A stretch of 64,000 nucleotides of DNA from Paludibacteraceae bacterium. Lineage in GTDB: Bacteria > Bacteroidota > Bacteroidia > Bacteroidales > Paludibacteraceae. This document shows, piece after piece, positions 28,788-37,519 of the stretch. Each line of letters opens with the position of its first letter. Positions within the stretch are counted from its first letter, which is position 1. Below the pieces are notes generated by a model. It saw only the letters and a list, made by a program, of their open reading frames with translations. It was not told where the DNA came from and ran no database searches. Where the stretch lies: positions 5,823 to 69,822 of the forward strand of contig JAZNRY010000101.1 of the NCBI GenBank assembly GCA_045590995.1. Direction: 5' to 3'. The position numbers were made by a program, and so were the translations under genes.

Positions 28788-29096
28788 CTATTTACGCAAG
28801 TTGTCGTTCTTTTGGAGTATCATTTTGTCTGCTTTGCGTTTGCGCAGGAAGTAGGTGATAGTGAAGGTAGGAATGATGTCGGTGAAGGGCAGTGCTTCTT
28901 CTAAGAAGGCGATGATGGTACCTTTTGTACCGCCAAAGAGTAAGCCGAATAGGCAGGCGGATATGGGTGCCCATACGGCGTCCATCCATTCGCCCATGCT
29001 GGGTATGATATAGGATAGCATACCTATTGTGTCTATCAGTATGCATAGCCATAGAGGCGGTATTGGTTGGCTCTGTGCCAGTGGCTGTTTGTCCAT
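28788..29096 (-). CDS. small integral membrane protein (family not recognised)
   Basis: Trimmed to MDKQPL (ATG 29096), because the consensus promoter at 29117-29147 lies inside the 185-aa ORF. 102 aa with 3 hydrophobic helices and a basic tail. Confidence 0.5.
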   Translation of the reverse strand: MDKQPLAQSQPIPPLWLCILIDTIGMLSYIIPSMGEWMDAVWAPISACLFGLLFGGTKGTIIAFLEEALPFTDIIPTFTITYFLRKRKADKMILQKNDNLRK

Positions 29097-29116
29097 GATA
29101 GTTAGTTTTTTGCCTG

Positions 29117-29147
29117 CAAAGGTACATAAAATAAACGAAAAATCAAA
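29117..29147 (-). promoter_or_regulatory. promoter for 28788..29096
   Basis: Reverse-strand TACCTTTG at 29117-29124 and TTTG at 29144-29147. Confidence 0.6.
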
Positions 29148-29193
29148 ATCTTTTTGATAAACAGTGTACATAATTTCGTAACTTCGCACTCGA

Positions 29194-29256
29194 AAACCCA
29201 CAGAAAGCACTTTATTCGGGCTGAAACCCACAGAAAGTGGATAAAACCCACAACGG
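29194..29256 (+). promoter_or_regulatory. three AAACCCACA(GAAAG) direct repeats upstream of the -7 box at 29272
   Basis: AAACCCACAGAAAG at 29194 and 29224, and AAACCCACAACGG at 29244. Confidence 0.45.
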
Positions 29257-29279
29257 TAATTGAAAAGGTAGTACCTTTG
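29250..29279 (+). promoter_or_regulatory. -7 box upstream of the DUF3987 module (weak or no -33)
   Basis: TACCTTTG at 29272-29279. There is no TTTG at the expected -33 position. Three AAACCCACA repeats lie just upstream. Confidence 0.4.
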
Positions 29280-29470
29280 CAGCGTGATTGAAAATGGGGG
29301 GTACGCTGTATATACATGGTGCAGGGACAAGGATACATAAAACAATAGCCTCCTTGCGCAGAGCGCAGAAATCTAAACTATCTAAACTAAAACGGGGATA
29401 TGATTAACAACAACACAAACAACAAGAATTATTTAAATCAACAACTTAAACAACATAAATCAACAACATT

Positions 29471-29496
29471 GCGCGGCAATCAACTCCCTGCCGCGC
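29471..29496. repeat. GC-hairpin repeat, copy c
   Basis: AACAACTTAAACAACATAAATCAACAACATT-GCGCGGCA-atcaactccc-TGCCGCGC. Confidence 0.75.
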
Positions 29497-29612
29497 TCAA
29501 GGAACAACACGAAGTTTCAACTGGTATATAAATCCATAAAAAAATAGTAATGTGCGTACCTATTGAGAGGTACACCTTAATATAATAAATAATCTAAACT
29601 AAAACAGTTTTC

Positions 29613-30899
29613 ATGATGAACCAATCTAATTTGATTGCAGAGAAGCAAGACCTTCTCATCACCCCTCACTTGACTGAGGGGCAGTTACCAACCCTACTTG
29701 AGCAGGCCCTCTCCGTCGCACCCGTTGGTGAGACACGCGACATGCTGTTGCTCTCCTTATTGACCAACTGTGGCTACGCCGTGCCTGCCATGCGTATGCT
29801 CCACGGTCGCCCTCACCACACCTACAGCCCCGAGCTACTGACCATGATTGTCGCCCCTGCCGCATCGGGCAAAGGTATCATGAACTATGGACGCCTGCTC
29901 CTGCAAGCAATCGAGGGTTGCAACGGCAAACAAGTGTATATCCCTGCCAACTCGTCCGCCTCAGCCCTCATTAAGGTCATGGACGAGTACGACGGACGCG
30001 GTATTGTCTTTGCCACAGAGATGGACACCCTCACCCAGACACTCCGTGCCGCCTACGGTAAGTTTGGTGACCTTGTTCGCTGTATCTTTGAACACGAGAC
30101 CGTTAGCCAACTCCGCCGCCAAAACAACGAGTTCATCGAGATTCGCAATCCGCGTATTGCTATGCTCCTGTCGGGTACGCCCAACCAAGTAGCACCATTG
30201 CTCCGCAACCGTGAGAATGGACTGATGTCCCGCTTTGGCTGCTATGTGGTCAATAGCCGCATGGACTTTGATGACCATGTGTGGGACATAGAGGAAGAGG
30301 GCAATATGCCGAGCGAAGCCGTACTCTATGACCGCCTTGCGACGGAACTCGGCGACCGTTACCTGTGGATGGAGACGGCAGGGCATGCGTGTTACTTCTA
30401 CCTCACGGATGCACAGCTCAAGACCATCAAGCGTATGTTCCGCAGTGAATACGACACCTATAGCGCAGAGTTTGGCGACTTGTTCGATGCCTCGCTCAAG
30501 CGTATGCCTGTGATTATGAAGCGCATTGGTATGATTCTGACGGGCTTGCGTTTGGATATGACCAAGCCATTGCCTGAGCGCGTGGTTTGCTCGGAGGAAG
30601 ATTTTCAGACCATGCTCTTGATTGGTCACAAACTGCTGATGCACGCCGCGATGGTCTTCCAAATGATGCCTGAGTTGAAAGCTACGCCTGTAGGTGAGAT
30701 AGGGGGCAATATGTTGCAAAAGCAGTTCTTCCAAATGCTTCCCACGGACTTTACGAAACAGGAGGCGGTGAAGCAAGCCGAAGTCCTTGGAGTGGCATTG
30801 AGCACAATGGAAAGATGGATAACAAAATCCGTACAAACTGCTCACATAGAAAGACTTGCAACAGGTTTGTACAGAAAGAAACCCTCATGTATTGCGTAG
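29613..30899 (+). CDS. DUF3987/VirE-like P-loop protein (mobile-element or phage-satellite type)
   Basis: LLTMIVAPAASGKG Walker-A-like motif, then IVFATEMDTL (Walker-B-like). The overall layout matches what I recall of Bacteroidota DUF3987 proteins. Sampled 60-nt stretches are 52-60% GC, against 37-45% in sampled neighbours. Confidence 0.55.
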   Translation: MMNQSNLIAEKQDLLITPHLTEGQLPTLLEQALSVAPVGETRDMLLLSLLTNCGYAVPAMRMLHGRPHHTYSPELLTMIVAPAASGKGIMNYGRLLLQAIEGCNGKQVYIPANSSASALIKVMDEYDGRGIVFATEMDTLTQTLRAAYGKFGDLVRCIFEHETVSQLRRQNNEFIEIRNPRIAMLLSGTPNQVAPLLRNRENGLMSRFGCYVVNSRMDFDDHVWDIEEEGNMPSEAVLYDRLATELGDRYLWMETAGHACYFYLTDAQLKTIKRMFRSEYDTYSAEFGDLFDASLKRMPVIMKRIGMILTGLRLDMTKPLPERVVCSEEDFQTMLLIGHKLLMHAAMVFQMMPELKATPVGEIGGNMLQKQFFQMLPTDFTKQEAVKQAEVLGVALSTMERWITKSVQTAHIERLATGLYRKKPSCIA

Positions 30900-30965
30900 T
30901 GAGGGGAATGAGGGAGTGAGGGAAATACACCCCTCACTTCCCTCACTCCCTCACTTCCCTCATTC
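30899..30965 (+). terminator. long imperfect hairpin made of inverted 8-mer arrays, after the DUF3987-like gene
   Basis: GTGAGGGGAATGAGGGAGTGAGGGAA-atacac-CCCTCACTTCCCTCACTCCCTCACTTCCCTCATTC. Confidence 0.45.
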
Positions 30966-31042
30966 TATATTTTAATAGAATAGATGCGATAGATATGATA
31001 GGATATAGATGTGCTACGGAAGGGATAGTGATGTCTTCTTAT

Positions 31043-31075
31043 GAACCCGTCAAGAACCCGTCATGAACCCGTAAT
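31043..31075. repeat. 11-bp-period array
   Basis: GAACCCGTCAA, GAACCCGTCAT, GAACCCGTAAT. Confidence 0.8.
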
Positions 31076-31097
31076 TGATCGCTGATTGGTGGTGGTT

Positions 31098-31389
31098 CTA
31101 CCAAAATTATAAACAATTATAGTATATTAACCAAAATTATTTGGGAACTATATACATGTTGACACTTTATATCTCCTTGCCCTGCGGGCAGAAATCTAAA
31201 TAAATCTTTTTGCCACGCTATAGCCACGCTTTTACGAGGTACTCCGTAATATATTACCACCGTCTCCTCACATCGCCTTGAGCGATGCTCGTGCGACTAA
31301 ATCTTAAGTAAATGTGGCATGAATAACACGAAGTGTCAACTGATATATAAGTCCCAATTATTTTATTAACAACTTAAACAACATAAACG
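31098..31389 (+). ncRNA. conserved noncoding leader block, copy A (candidate structured RNA or cis element)
   Basis: 31160-31268 matches the reverse complement of 60217-60325 with about 6 mismatches in 109 nt. 31276-31356 matches 60036-60116 at roughly 85%. No ORF of 60 aa or more on either strand. Confidence 0.4.
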
Positions 31390-31731
31390 ATGGCACGATT
31401 AGAATTAATAGCAATGCTTGTAAAAGTAACAGGAAAAGTTTTTGGTCGCAAATGCGACATGTGGCTCATGGAGCGATATGGTACCAAATATACCGCTCAC
31501 AGCAATCACCCGCGTGATTACAAGAAGAATCCGCAATCCAAAGCGGAGAAAGAATGTACTTTGCGTTTGGCTGCCGCCTCGAAGGCATACAACCAATTGG
31601 TAAAAGGTTCGCCCGAGTGGCTTGCGCTGGAGAAGGCATGGCGCGAGCAGAAGGATAAGCCAGGAGGTAAACCTTCTATTCGCGGGTACTTTATCTCACA
31701 ACACATGAAGCAGCTTAACACCACCCTATAA
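31390..31731 (+). CDS. small basic protein, paralogue family member P1
   Basis: 113 aa. MARLELIAMLVKVTGKVFG aligns with the N-termini of P2 and P3. Shares the central Q...(F/L) helix, the xxP(E/T/A)xx segment and the C-terminal SIRGYFISQHM (compare SLRTFVFRLLY and VIRTLYGYIFHTL). Confidence 0.6.
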   Translation: MARLELIAMLVKVTGKVFGRKCDMWLMERYGTKYTAHSNHPRDYKKNPQSKAEKECTLRLAAASKAYNQLVKGSPEWLALEKAWREQKDKPGGKPSIRGYFISQHMKQLNTTL

Positions 31732-31771
31732 GACCACTGCTACGCTAAGCAGGATTTGTAATCAAACCGAT

Positions 31772-31812
31772 AAAAAAGAGGATGTGTCTAACCCGACACA
31801 TCCTCTTTTTAT
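31772..31812. terminator. bidirectional terminator (P1 and C-N hydrolase converge)
   Basis: AAAAAA-GAGGATGTGTC-taaccc-GACACATCCTC-TTTTT. Confidence 0.7.
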
Positions 31813-31859
31813 TGCTAAAATCTATGCAAATGACTTTAATATGTCCTTTATGTCCATTA

Positions 31860-32705
31860 TCAAATCTTCTTGATTTCGAAGTGGTCCACATCTTTCCACA
31901 GCGGGAGCACCTCGCGGAAGTGGTGGAGTTTGGCAATATCAAAATCGGCAATCTTAGTGCCCTCTTCATCGTCTGCAAAAGACACAATCGGTTGCAAACG
32001 CGTATCATACGCCACCGAATGACCATTATAATGCAAGCCCATGCCGTCATCGCCCACGCAGTTCACCGCAGCAATATAGCACTGGTTCTCCGTAGCACGC
32101 GCTGCAATGAGCGCATCCCAATACTGAATACGAATATCGGGCCAGTTAGCTACCACCAAAATAATATCATAGTCACTTCCCGACTGATTGCGCGCCCAGA
32201 CAGGAAAACGCAAGTCGTAGCAGACAAGCAAGAGAATCTTCACACCCTGATACTCGAAGATACAGCGTTCCTCAGCAGGTCGGAAGAACTTATCCTCGCC
32301 TCCGTGGGCATACTGGTGGCGTTTGTCTTGTATCTGCACCTCGCCATGCGGCACTACCATAAAACCGCGGTTGACGAGCTTCGCTTGGCTATTGGACGGC
32401 GTTCCGCCTATTGGACGCCTTAAAGGGCTATTGGACGCTGCGCTATTGGAAATTGGGAAGCAGATGAATGAGCTCGTGATGGCTATCTCGTATTGGTCCG
32501 CTATGCGTTGGAGGGTGGTCATAATTTCCCCGTCCATTGTTTCTGCCAACTCAGGATGATTTGTGCAGAATCCTGTCGCAAACATCTCTGGCAGTACCGC
32601 CACATCGGCTTTCCCTGCCAATGCAGCGATACGCTGTTCTGCAAGGCGAAGGTTGGTCTCCTTATCCGCCCATGCGATGGGGTATTGTAGTAATGCTATT
32701 CGCAT
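31860..32705 (-). CDS. carbon-nitrogen hydrolase family amidohydrolase (YafV/omega-amidase-like)
   Basis: MRIALLQYPIAW..VAVLPEMFATGF (Glu) and LLVCYDLRFP (Cys). It carries an in-frame repeat insert at 32388-32457. Confidence 0.8.
   Translation of the reverse strand: MRIALLQYPIAWADKETNLRLAEQRIAALAGKADVAVLPEMFATGFCTNHPELAETMDGEIMTTLQRIADQYEIAITSSFICFPISNSAASNSPLRRPIGGTPSNSQAKLVNRGFMVVPHGEVQIQDKRHQYAHGGEDKFFRPAEERCIFEYQGVKILLLVCYDLRFPVWARNQSGSDYDIILVVANWPDIRIQYWDALIAARATENQCYIAAVNCVGDDGMGLHYNGHSVAYDTRLQPIVSFADDEEGTKIADFDIAKLHHFREVLPLWKDVDHFEIKKI
32388..32457 (-). repeat. in-frame palindromic-unit repeat element (copy in C-N hydrolase)
   Basis: ATTGGACGGCGTTCCGCCTATTGGACGCCTTAAAGGGCTATTGGACGCTGCGCTATTGG. 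Translated as SNSAASNSPLRRPIGGTPSN. Confidence 0.8.
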
Positions 32706-32902
32706 ATTTTTTTAAAGACAACTTAGACAACCTCTGCGCGGCGCCAACATTGCGCCTTGCTGAGAAGAATAATTATTCCTTAGCCGCTGAGCAGTATCGG
32801 GTTCCCTACGAGCTTCGTGAGCGAGTGGGGTGATAGTGTTGGCGAAGCGGAATAGTTGTTTGTGTTGTCTTTTTGAAGAAATGAAAGCTGGATTATTGTT
32901 TC

Positions 32903-33889
32903 TTACTTTTTCTTTTCTGGCGCTGAAGCAGGTTTGCCGATGGCTTCGCGCATGGTGGTGTCCGCTTGGATATTCTGCATGCGGTAGTATTCCATGATGC
33001 CGAGATTGCCATTGCGGAAAGCCTCTGCCATCGCTTGTGGCACCAATGCCTCTGCCTCAATTACTTTAGCACGAGCCTCTTGCGCTTTGGCCTTCATCTC
33101 TTGCTCATTAGCAATAGCCATCGCACGGCGTTCCTCTGCTTTGGCTTGAGCGATGTTTTTATCCGCTTGCGCTTGGTCCATCTGCAATTGCGCACCGATG
33201 TTCTTACCAACATCAATGTCGGCAATATCAATACTGAGAATCTCAAACGCTGTACCTGCGTCGAGCCCTTTGGAAAGTACGAGTTTGGAAATGCTATCTG
33301 GGTTCTCCAGCACGAGTTTGTGGCTCTCTGCCGAACCAATAGAAGATACGATACCTTCGCCTACACGAGCAAGCACAGTGTCTTCGCCAGCACCACCGAC
33401 CAATTGCTTGATATTGGCGCGCACGGTCACACGAGCTTTCGCAATCAGCTGAATACCATCTTTTGCCACAGCAGTTACAGGAGGAGTGTCAATCACGCGA
33501 GGGTTAACCGACATCTGTACTGCCTCAAACACATCACGACCTGCGAGGTCGATAGCAGTAGCCATCTGGAAAGTGAGTGCCATATTCGCTTTGCTGGCAC
33601 TCACGAGTGCATGTACTACGCGCTCGATATGTCCACCCGCGAGGAAGTGCGCCTCCAATCCGTCGCGCTTCACATCGGTAAGACCTGCCTTGTGCGCCTC
33701 GATGAGGCAATTGACAATGCGTGTAGGTGGTACCTTACGGATACGCATCAAAAAGAGCTGAATTAATGACACATGTACACCGCTCACTACTGCGTTGATC
33801 CACAGCATGAAAGGTACATAATAGAAGAAAATAATCACGAGGATGGCGATAATCGCCACAATTACGATTTCAAAAGGTCCTAATCCCAT
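32903..33889 (-). CDS. floA: flotillin-like protein FloA (UPF0365)
   Basis: N-terminal TM, then [16 protein letters not shown], an SPFH core, and an Ala/Glu-rich coiled coil [12 protein letters not shown]. Confidence 0.85.
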   Translation of the reverse strand: MGLGPFEIVIVAIIAILVIIFFYYVPFMLWINAVVSGVHVSLIQLFLMRIRKVPPTRIVNCLIEAHKAGLTDVKRDGLEAHFLAGGHIERVVHALVSASKANMALTFQMATAIDLAGRDVFEAVQMSVNPRVIDTPPVTAVAKDGIQLIAKARVTVRANIKQLVGGAGEDTVLARVGEGIVSSIGSAESHKLVLENPDSISKLVLSKGLDAGTAFEILSIDIADIDVGKNIGAQLQMDQAQADKNIAQAKAEERRAMAIANEQEMKAKAQEARAKVIEAEALVPQAMAEAFRNGNLGIMEYYRMQNIQADTTMREAIGKPASAPEKKK

Positions 33890-33958
33890 AATATTATTTG
33901 TTTAATGTTTAGTGTTTAACGATTTAACGAGTTAATGTTTAAAGTGTAAAGGCGAGGG

Positions 33959-34288
33959 CTATTTTTGCAACTCTTCCATGCGTTTGCCCGCAGATGGCAT
34001 ATCCACGCCGCCTTCAATTTTGGTGTCAAGTGCCATCTTGTCCATGGCTTTGCTCTTGATAAACACCCAAATAGCAATGCCACAAAGCAGAACGCATGCC
34101 GCCAAAGTGACATGACCCGCCCATGCCCAAAAAACAGCGAGCTTTACATAAGCAATCACTACGGCTGCAATCAAACTGGCAAGTCCAAACACACCTGCAA
34201 TACCAAAACCTGGCAAGAGAAACATCTCCGCCAATAGCAATCCGACTCCAAAGAGAACGAGAATAATGGTTAGAATTAAGTAAGTCAT
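33959..34288 (-). CDS. NfeD-like membrane protein (partner of FloA)
   Basis: 109 aa with three TM helices LLLAEMFLLPGFGIAGVFGL. It sits directly upstream of floA, as in nfeD-floA pairs. Confidence 0.55.
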   Translation of the reverse strand: MTYLILTIILVLFGVGLLLAEMFLLPGFGIAGVFGLASLIAAVVIAYVKLAVFWAWAGHVTLAACVLLCGIAIWVFIKSKAMDKMALDTKIEGGVDMPSAGKRMEELQK

Positions 34289-34333
34289 ATTTCTTTTAGG
34301 TTAAAGGTTATAGCCCCAATTATTAAACACGCT

Positions 34334-34365
34334 GCAAAGGTATAAAAAAAAATACATATATGCAA
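34334..34365 (-). promoter_or_regulatory. nfeD-like/floA promoter
   Basis: Reverse-strand TACCTTTG at 34334-34341 and TTTG at 34362-34365. Confidence 0.6.
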
Positions 34366-34430
34366 ACAAAAAAACAAAAAAACGAAAAACTTTACTTTAT
34401 ATAAGTAATGAGGAAAAGGTGAAAAATAAA

Positions 34431-34462
34431 TTTGGCACATTCAAAAAAATGTTGTACCTTTG
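34431..34462 (+). promoter_or_regulatory. topA operon promoter
   Basis: TTTG at 34431-34434 and TACCTTTG at 34455-34462. Confidence 0.6.
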
Positions 34463-34534
34463 TCGGCGCGTTCGGCACAGACCGCAGAAAAAAACATAAA
34501 AAAAGAATTATCAAACTACACCTTATATATAGTA

Positions 34535-36868
34535 ATGAGCAAAAATTTAGTAATCGTAGAGTCTCCTACCAAGGCTAAGACCATCGGTAAGTTTTTGGGT
34601 TCAGATTATCAAATCATGTCTTCGCAAGGTCATATTCGCGACATAGAAGGCATCGGAAAAAATAGCATTGGTATTGATTTTGAGAAAGGGTATCTGCCCA
34701 ATTATGTGGTTGATAGCCAAAAGGAACAATTGGTGGAATCGCTCAAAAAAGCCGCCAGGAAAGCAGAAACGATATGGCTTGCAAGTGATGAGGACCGCGA
34801 GGGAGAAGCTATAGCATGGCATCTGCAAGAGGTACTTGACTTACCAGCAGACCGTACGCATCGTATTGTTTTTCACGAGATTACTAAAAGTGCTATTAAC
34901 GAAGCATTGCGGCATCCTCGTAGCATTGATTACAATTTGGTGAATGCTCAGCAAGCTCGTCGCGTGCTGGATCGAATTGTGGGTTTTGAACTCTCGCCCG
35001 TGCTATGGAAGAAAGTGACAACGGGACTGAGTGCGGGACGCGTGCAATCGGTGGCAGTGCGATTGATTGTAGAACGCGAGCAGGAAATAGAGAACTTCAA
35101 GAGTACCGCACAATATAGATTGAATGCGGTATTTGCAGGACAAACCGTAACAGGACAACCTGTGCAATTCTCTACGGAACTCAATCACCGTTTTTCTACG
35201 AAAGAGGAGGCATTGGCGTTTTTAGAGAATTGTCAACATCAAGTCTTCACATTAACATCGGTTTCTCACAAGCAAGGTCATCGTAGTCCAGCGCCACCTT
35301 TCACAACCTCTTCACTCCAACAAGAGGCTGCGCGCAAACTGCACTTTACGGTATCAAAGACAATGCGTTTGGCGCAAGCATTATACGAAGCAGGACACAT
35401 TACATATATGCGTACTGACTCTGTGAACCTGAGTAGTTTAGCCCTGAATACAGCCAAAGAGGAGATATTGAAAGAGTATGGTGCTACATACCATCGGACA
35501 CGCAAATACCAGACTACCTCTAAAGGCGCGCAAGAGGCTCACGAAGCCATTCGTCCGACTTACATGAGCGTGGCGAGTGCTGGCAATAACCACGATGAGC
35601 GTAGGCTCTATGATTTGATTCGCAAGCGCGCGTTGGCTACGCAAATGGCAGATGCCGAAACAGATACGACACGCGTAGAGGTGTCAATGAGCAATGCTCC
35701 TTACTTATGGGTAGCAACACATGAGGTGGTGACTTTTGACGGATTCATGCGCGTATATACCCAAAGTACGGATGAAGAGTCGGGAGCAGAGACGCTGGGT
35801 ATGCAATCCTTGGCGCAACTGCAAGCTCCGATGGAATGTACGCTGCATACAGCGCAGGCACAAGAGTCGTTTACCAAAGCACCTCTTCGCTACAACGATG
35901 CTACACTGGTGAAACGCATGGAAGAGTTGGGCATTGGTCGCCCTTCTACCTATGCGACGGTGATAGAGACAATACAAAGCAGACAATATGTGGCGAAAGG
36001 CAATGTGGAGGGATACAAACGCTCATACAACATATTGACTTTGCAAGGGAATAAGATTAGCGATAAAACGAAATCAGAGATAGTAGGCGCAGATACGGGT
36101 AAATTCTTGCCTACCGACTTGGGGCGTATAACCAACAATTTCTTGGTAGAGCATTTCCCGACTATTCTCAGTTATGACTTCACCGCCCAATCGGAAGAGA
36201 GCTTTGATACGATTGCTGCGGGAGAAACCAATTGGGTACAGACTGTAGATTCATTCTACCAAGCTTTTCACCCTCTCATTCAACAAGTGCCTTCTGGAAA
36301 AATGGCAGCACGAGTGATAGGTAATCACCCAGACACAGGCGAGGTGGTTGTAGCCCGTATTACAAAGAATGGTCCATGTGTACAGATTGGTGATAGCGAT
36401 GATCAGAAACCGCGTTTTGCTTCTTTGCAGAAAGGGCAAAGCATTTTTACAATCACATTGGCCGAGGCTTTAGCATTGTTTGAAACGGCTTTCCCTTATA
36501 CGCTTACCCAATGGAATGGCAAAGATGTGGTGGTAGGCGAAGGTAAATACGGTCCATATGTGCGCTATGAGAAATCGTTTGTGAGTATTCCAAAGAATAT
36601 GGATCCTCGTGCCATTACACCAGAAGAAGCGATTGAACTATTAGAAAAACAACAGCAACAACAGTTGCCGATACATGTCTTTGGCGATATACAAGTGCTT
36701 AATGGTAAGTATGGAGCATATATCAAGACTGCTGAAGGTAATTATAAGATTCCTCGTTCGACCGATGTACAAACGCTTACCCAAGAGCAGTGTATGGAAA
36801 TTATTGCATCCGCTAATACAACCACAAAACCTAAAAAGACATTCACAAAACGATATACAAAAAAATAA
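34535..36868 (+). CDS. topA: DNA topoisomerase I
   Basis: Trimmed to MSKNLVIVESPTKAKTI (ATG 34535, downstream of promoter 34431-34462). SDEDREGE Toprim motif. Active-site YMRTDS. Confidence 0.95.
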   Translation: MSKNLVIVESPTKAKTIGKFLGSDYQIMSSQGHIRDIEGIGKNSIGIDFEKGYLPNYVVDSQKEQLVESLKKAARKAETIWLASDEDREGEAIAWHLQEVLDLPADRTHRIVFHEITKSAINEALRHPRSIDYNLVNAQQARRVLDRIVGFELSPVLWKKVTTGLSAGRVQSVAVRLIVEREQEIENFKSTAQYRLNAVFAGQTVTGQPVQFSTELNHRFSTKEEALAFLENCQHQVFTLTSVSHKQGHRSPAPPFTTSSLQQEAARKLHFTVSKTMRLAQALYEAGHITYMRTDSVNLSSLALNTAKEEILKEYGATYHRTRKYQTTSKGAQEAHEAIRPTYMSVASAGNNHDERRLYDLIRKRALATQMADAETDTTRVEVSMSNAPYLWVATHEVVTFDGFMRVYTQSTDEESGAETLGMQSLAQLQAPMECTLHTAQAQESFTKAPLRYNDATLVKRMEELGIGRPSTYATVIETIQSRQYVAKGNVEGYKRSYNILTLQGNKISDKTKSEIVGADTGKFLPTDLGRITNNFLVEHFPTILSYDFTAQSEESFDTIAAGETNWVQTVDSFYQAFHPLIQQVPSGKMAARVIGNHPDTGEVVVARITKNGPCVQIGDSDDQKPRFASLQKGQSIFTITLAEALALFETAFPYTLTQWNGKDVVVGEGKYGPYVRYEKSFVSIPKNMDPRAITPEEAIELLEKQQQQQLPIHVFGDIQVLNGKYGAYIKTAEGNYKIPRSTDVQTLTQEQCMEIIASANTTTKPKKTFTKRYTKK

Positions 36869-36874
36869 TCCATT

Positions 36875-37519
36875 ATGCGACACATTTCTCCATCTCTTCT
36901 TGCAGCCGACTTTGGCAACCTACAACGCGAATGCGAAATGATTAATCGTAGCAGTGCAGAGTATCTGCATATTGATGTGATGGACGGTGTATTTGTACCC
37001 AATATATCGTTTGGTTTTCCTGTGATGAAAGCAGTGGCTAAACATTGCACAAAACCCTTGGATGTACACCTGATGATTACAGACCCCGAGAAGTATGTGG
37101 CGCGTTTCTGCAAGGCAGGAGCATGGAGTGTGGGTTTTCATATAGAGGCGACAAATCAGCCCATGGAGGCTATTCGTATTATTCGTGAAGAAGGTGTGCG
37201 TACCTGCTTGACAATAAATCCTAAAACAGATATTCACGCGCTTGACCCCTATTTGGGTGAAGTGGATATGGTACTACTCATGTCGGTGGAAGCAGGCTAT
37301 GGTGGTCAGTCTTTCATTCCCGAATCTGTAGATCGCTTGCGCTACCTCCGTCGGGCAATAGATGAACGCGGACTCAGCACATTGATTGAAGTGGATGGGG
37401 GCATCAATACGAAAAATGCTTCCTTGCTGTGGGAAGCGGGTGCTGACATTCTGGTTGCAGGCAGTGCCGTCTTCCAAGCTAAAGACCCGATAGCCACTAT
37501 CGAGCAACTCAAACAATGA
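36875..37519 (+). CDS. rpe: ribulose-phosphate 3-epimerase
   Basis: LHIDVMDG, MSVEAGYGGQSF, EVDGGI. Confidence 0.92.
   Translation: MRHISPSLLAADFGNLQRECEMINRSSAEYLHIDVMDGVFVPNISFGFPVMKAVAKHCTKPLDVHLMITDPEKYVARFCKAGAWSVGFHIEATNQPMEAIRIIREEGVRTCLTINPKTDIHALDPYLGEVDMVLLMSVEAGYGGQSFIPESVDRLRYLRRAIDERGLSTLIEVDGGINTKNASLLWEAGADILVAGSAVFQAKDPIATIEQLKQ

Larger units (their letters stand above)
29150..31812 (+). mobile_element. possible remnant island: DUF3987-like gene plus small basic protein gene plus repeat mosaic
   Basis: A GC-richer CDS sits in an AT-richer, repeat-dense setting between core genes. No integrase or att sites were identified. Confidence 0.3.

Noticed and set aside
29150-31812. 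Prophage or integrative conjugative element
   Set aside because: There is no integrase, relaxase, capsid, portal or terminase gene, and no tRNA target. I keep it only as a possible remnant or satellite-like island at low confidence.
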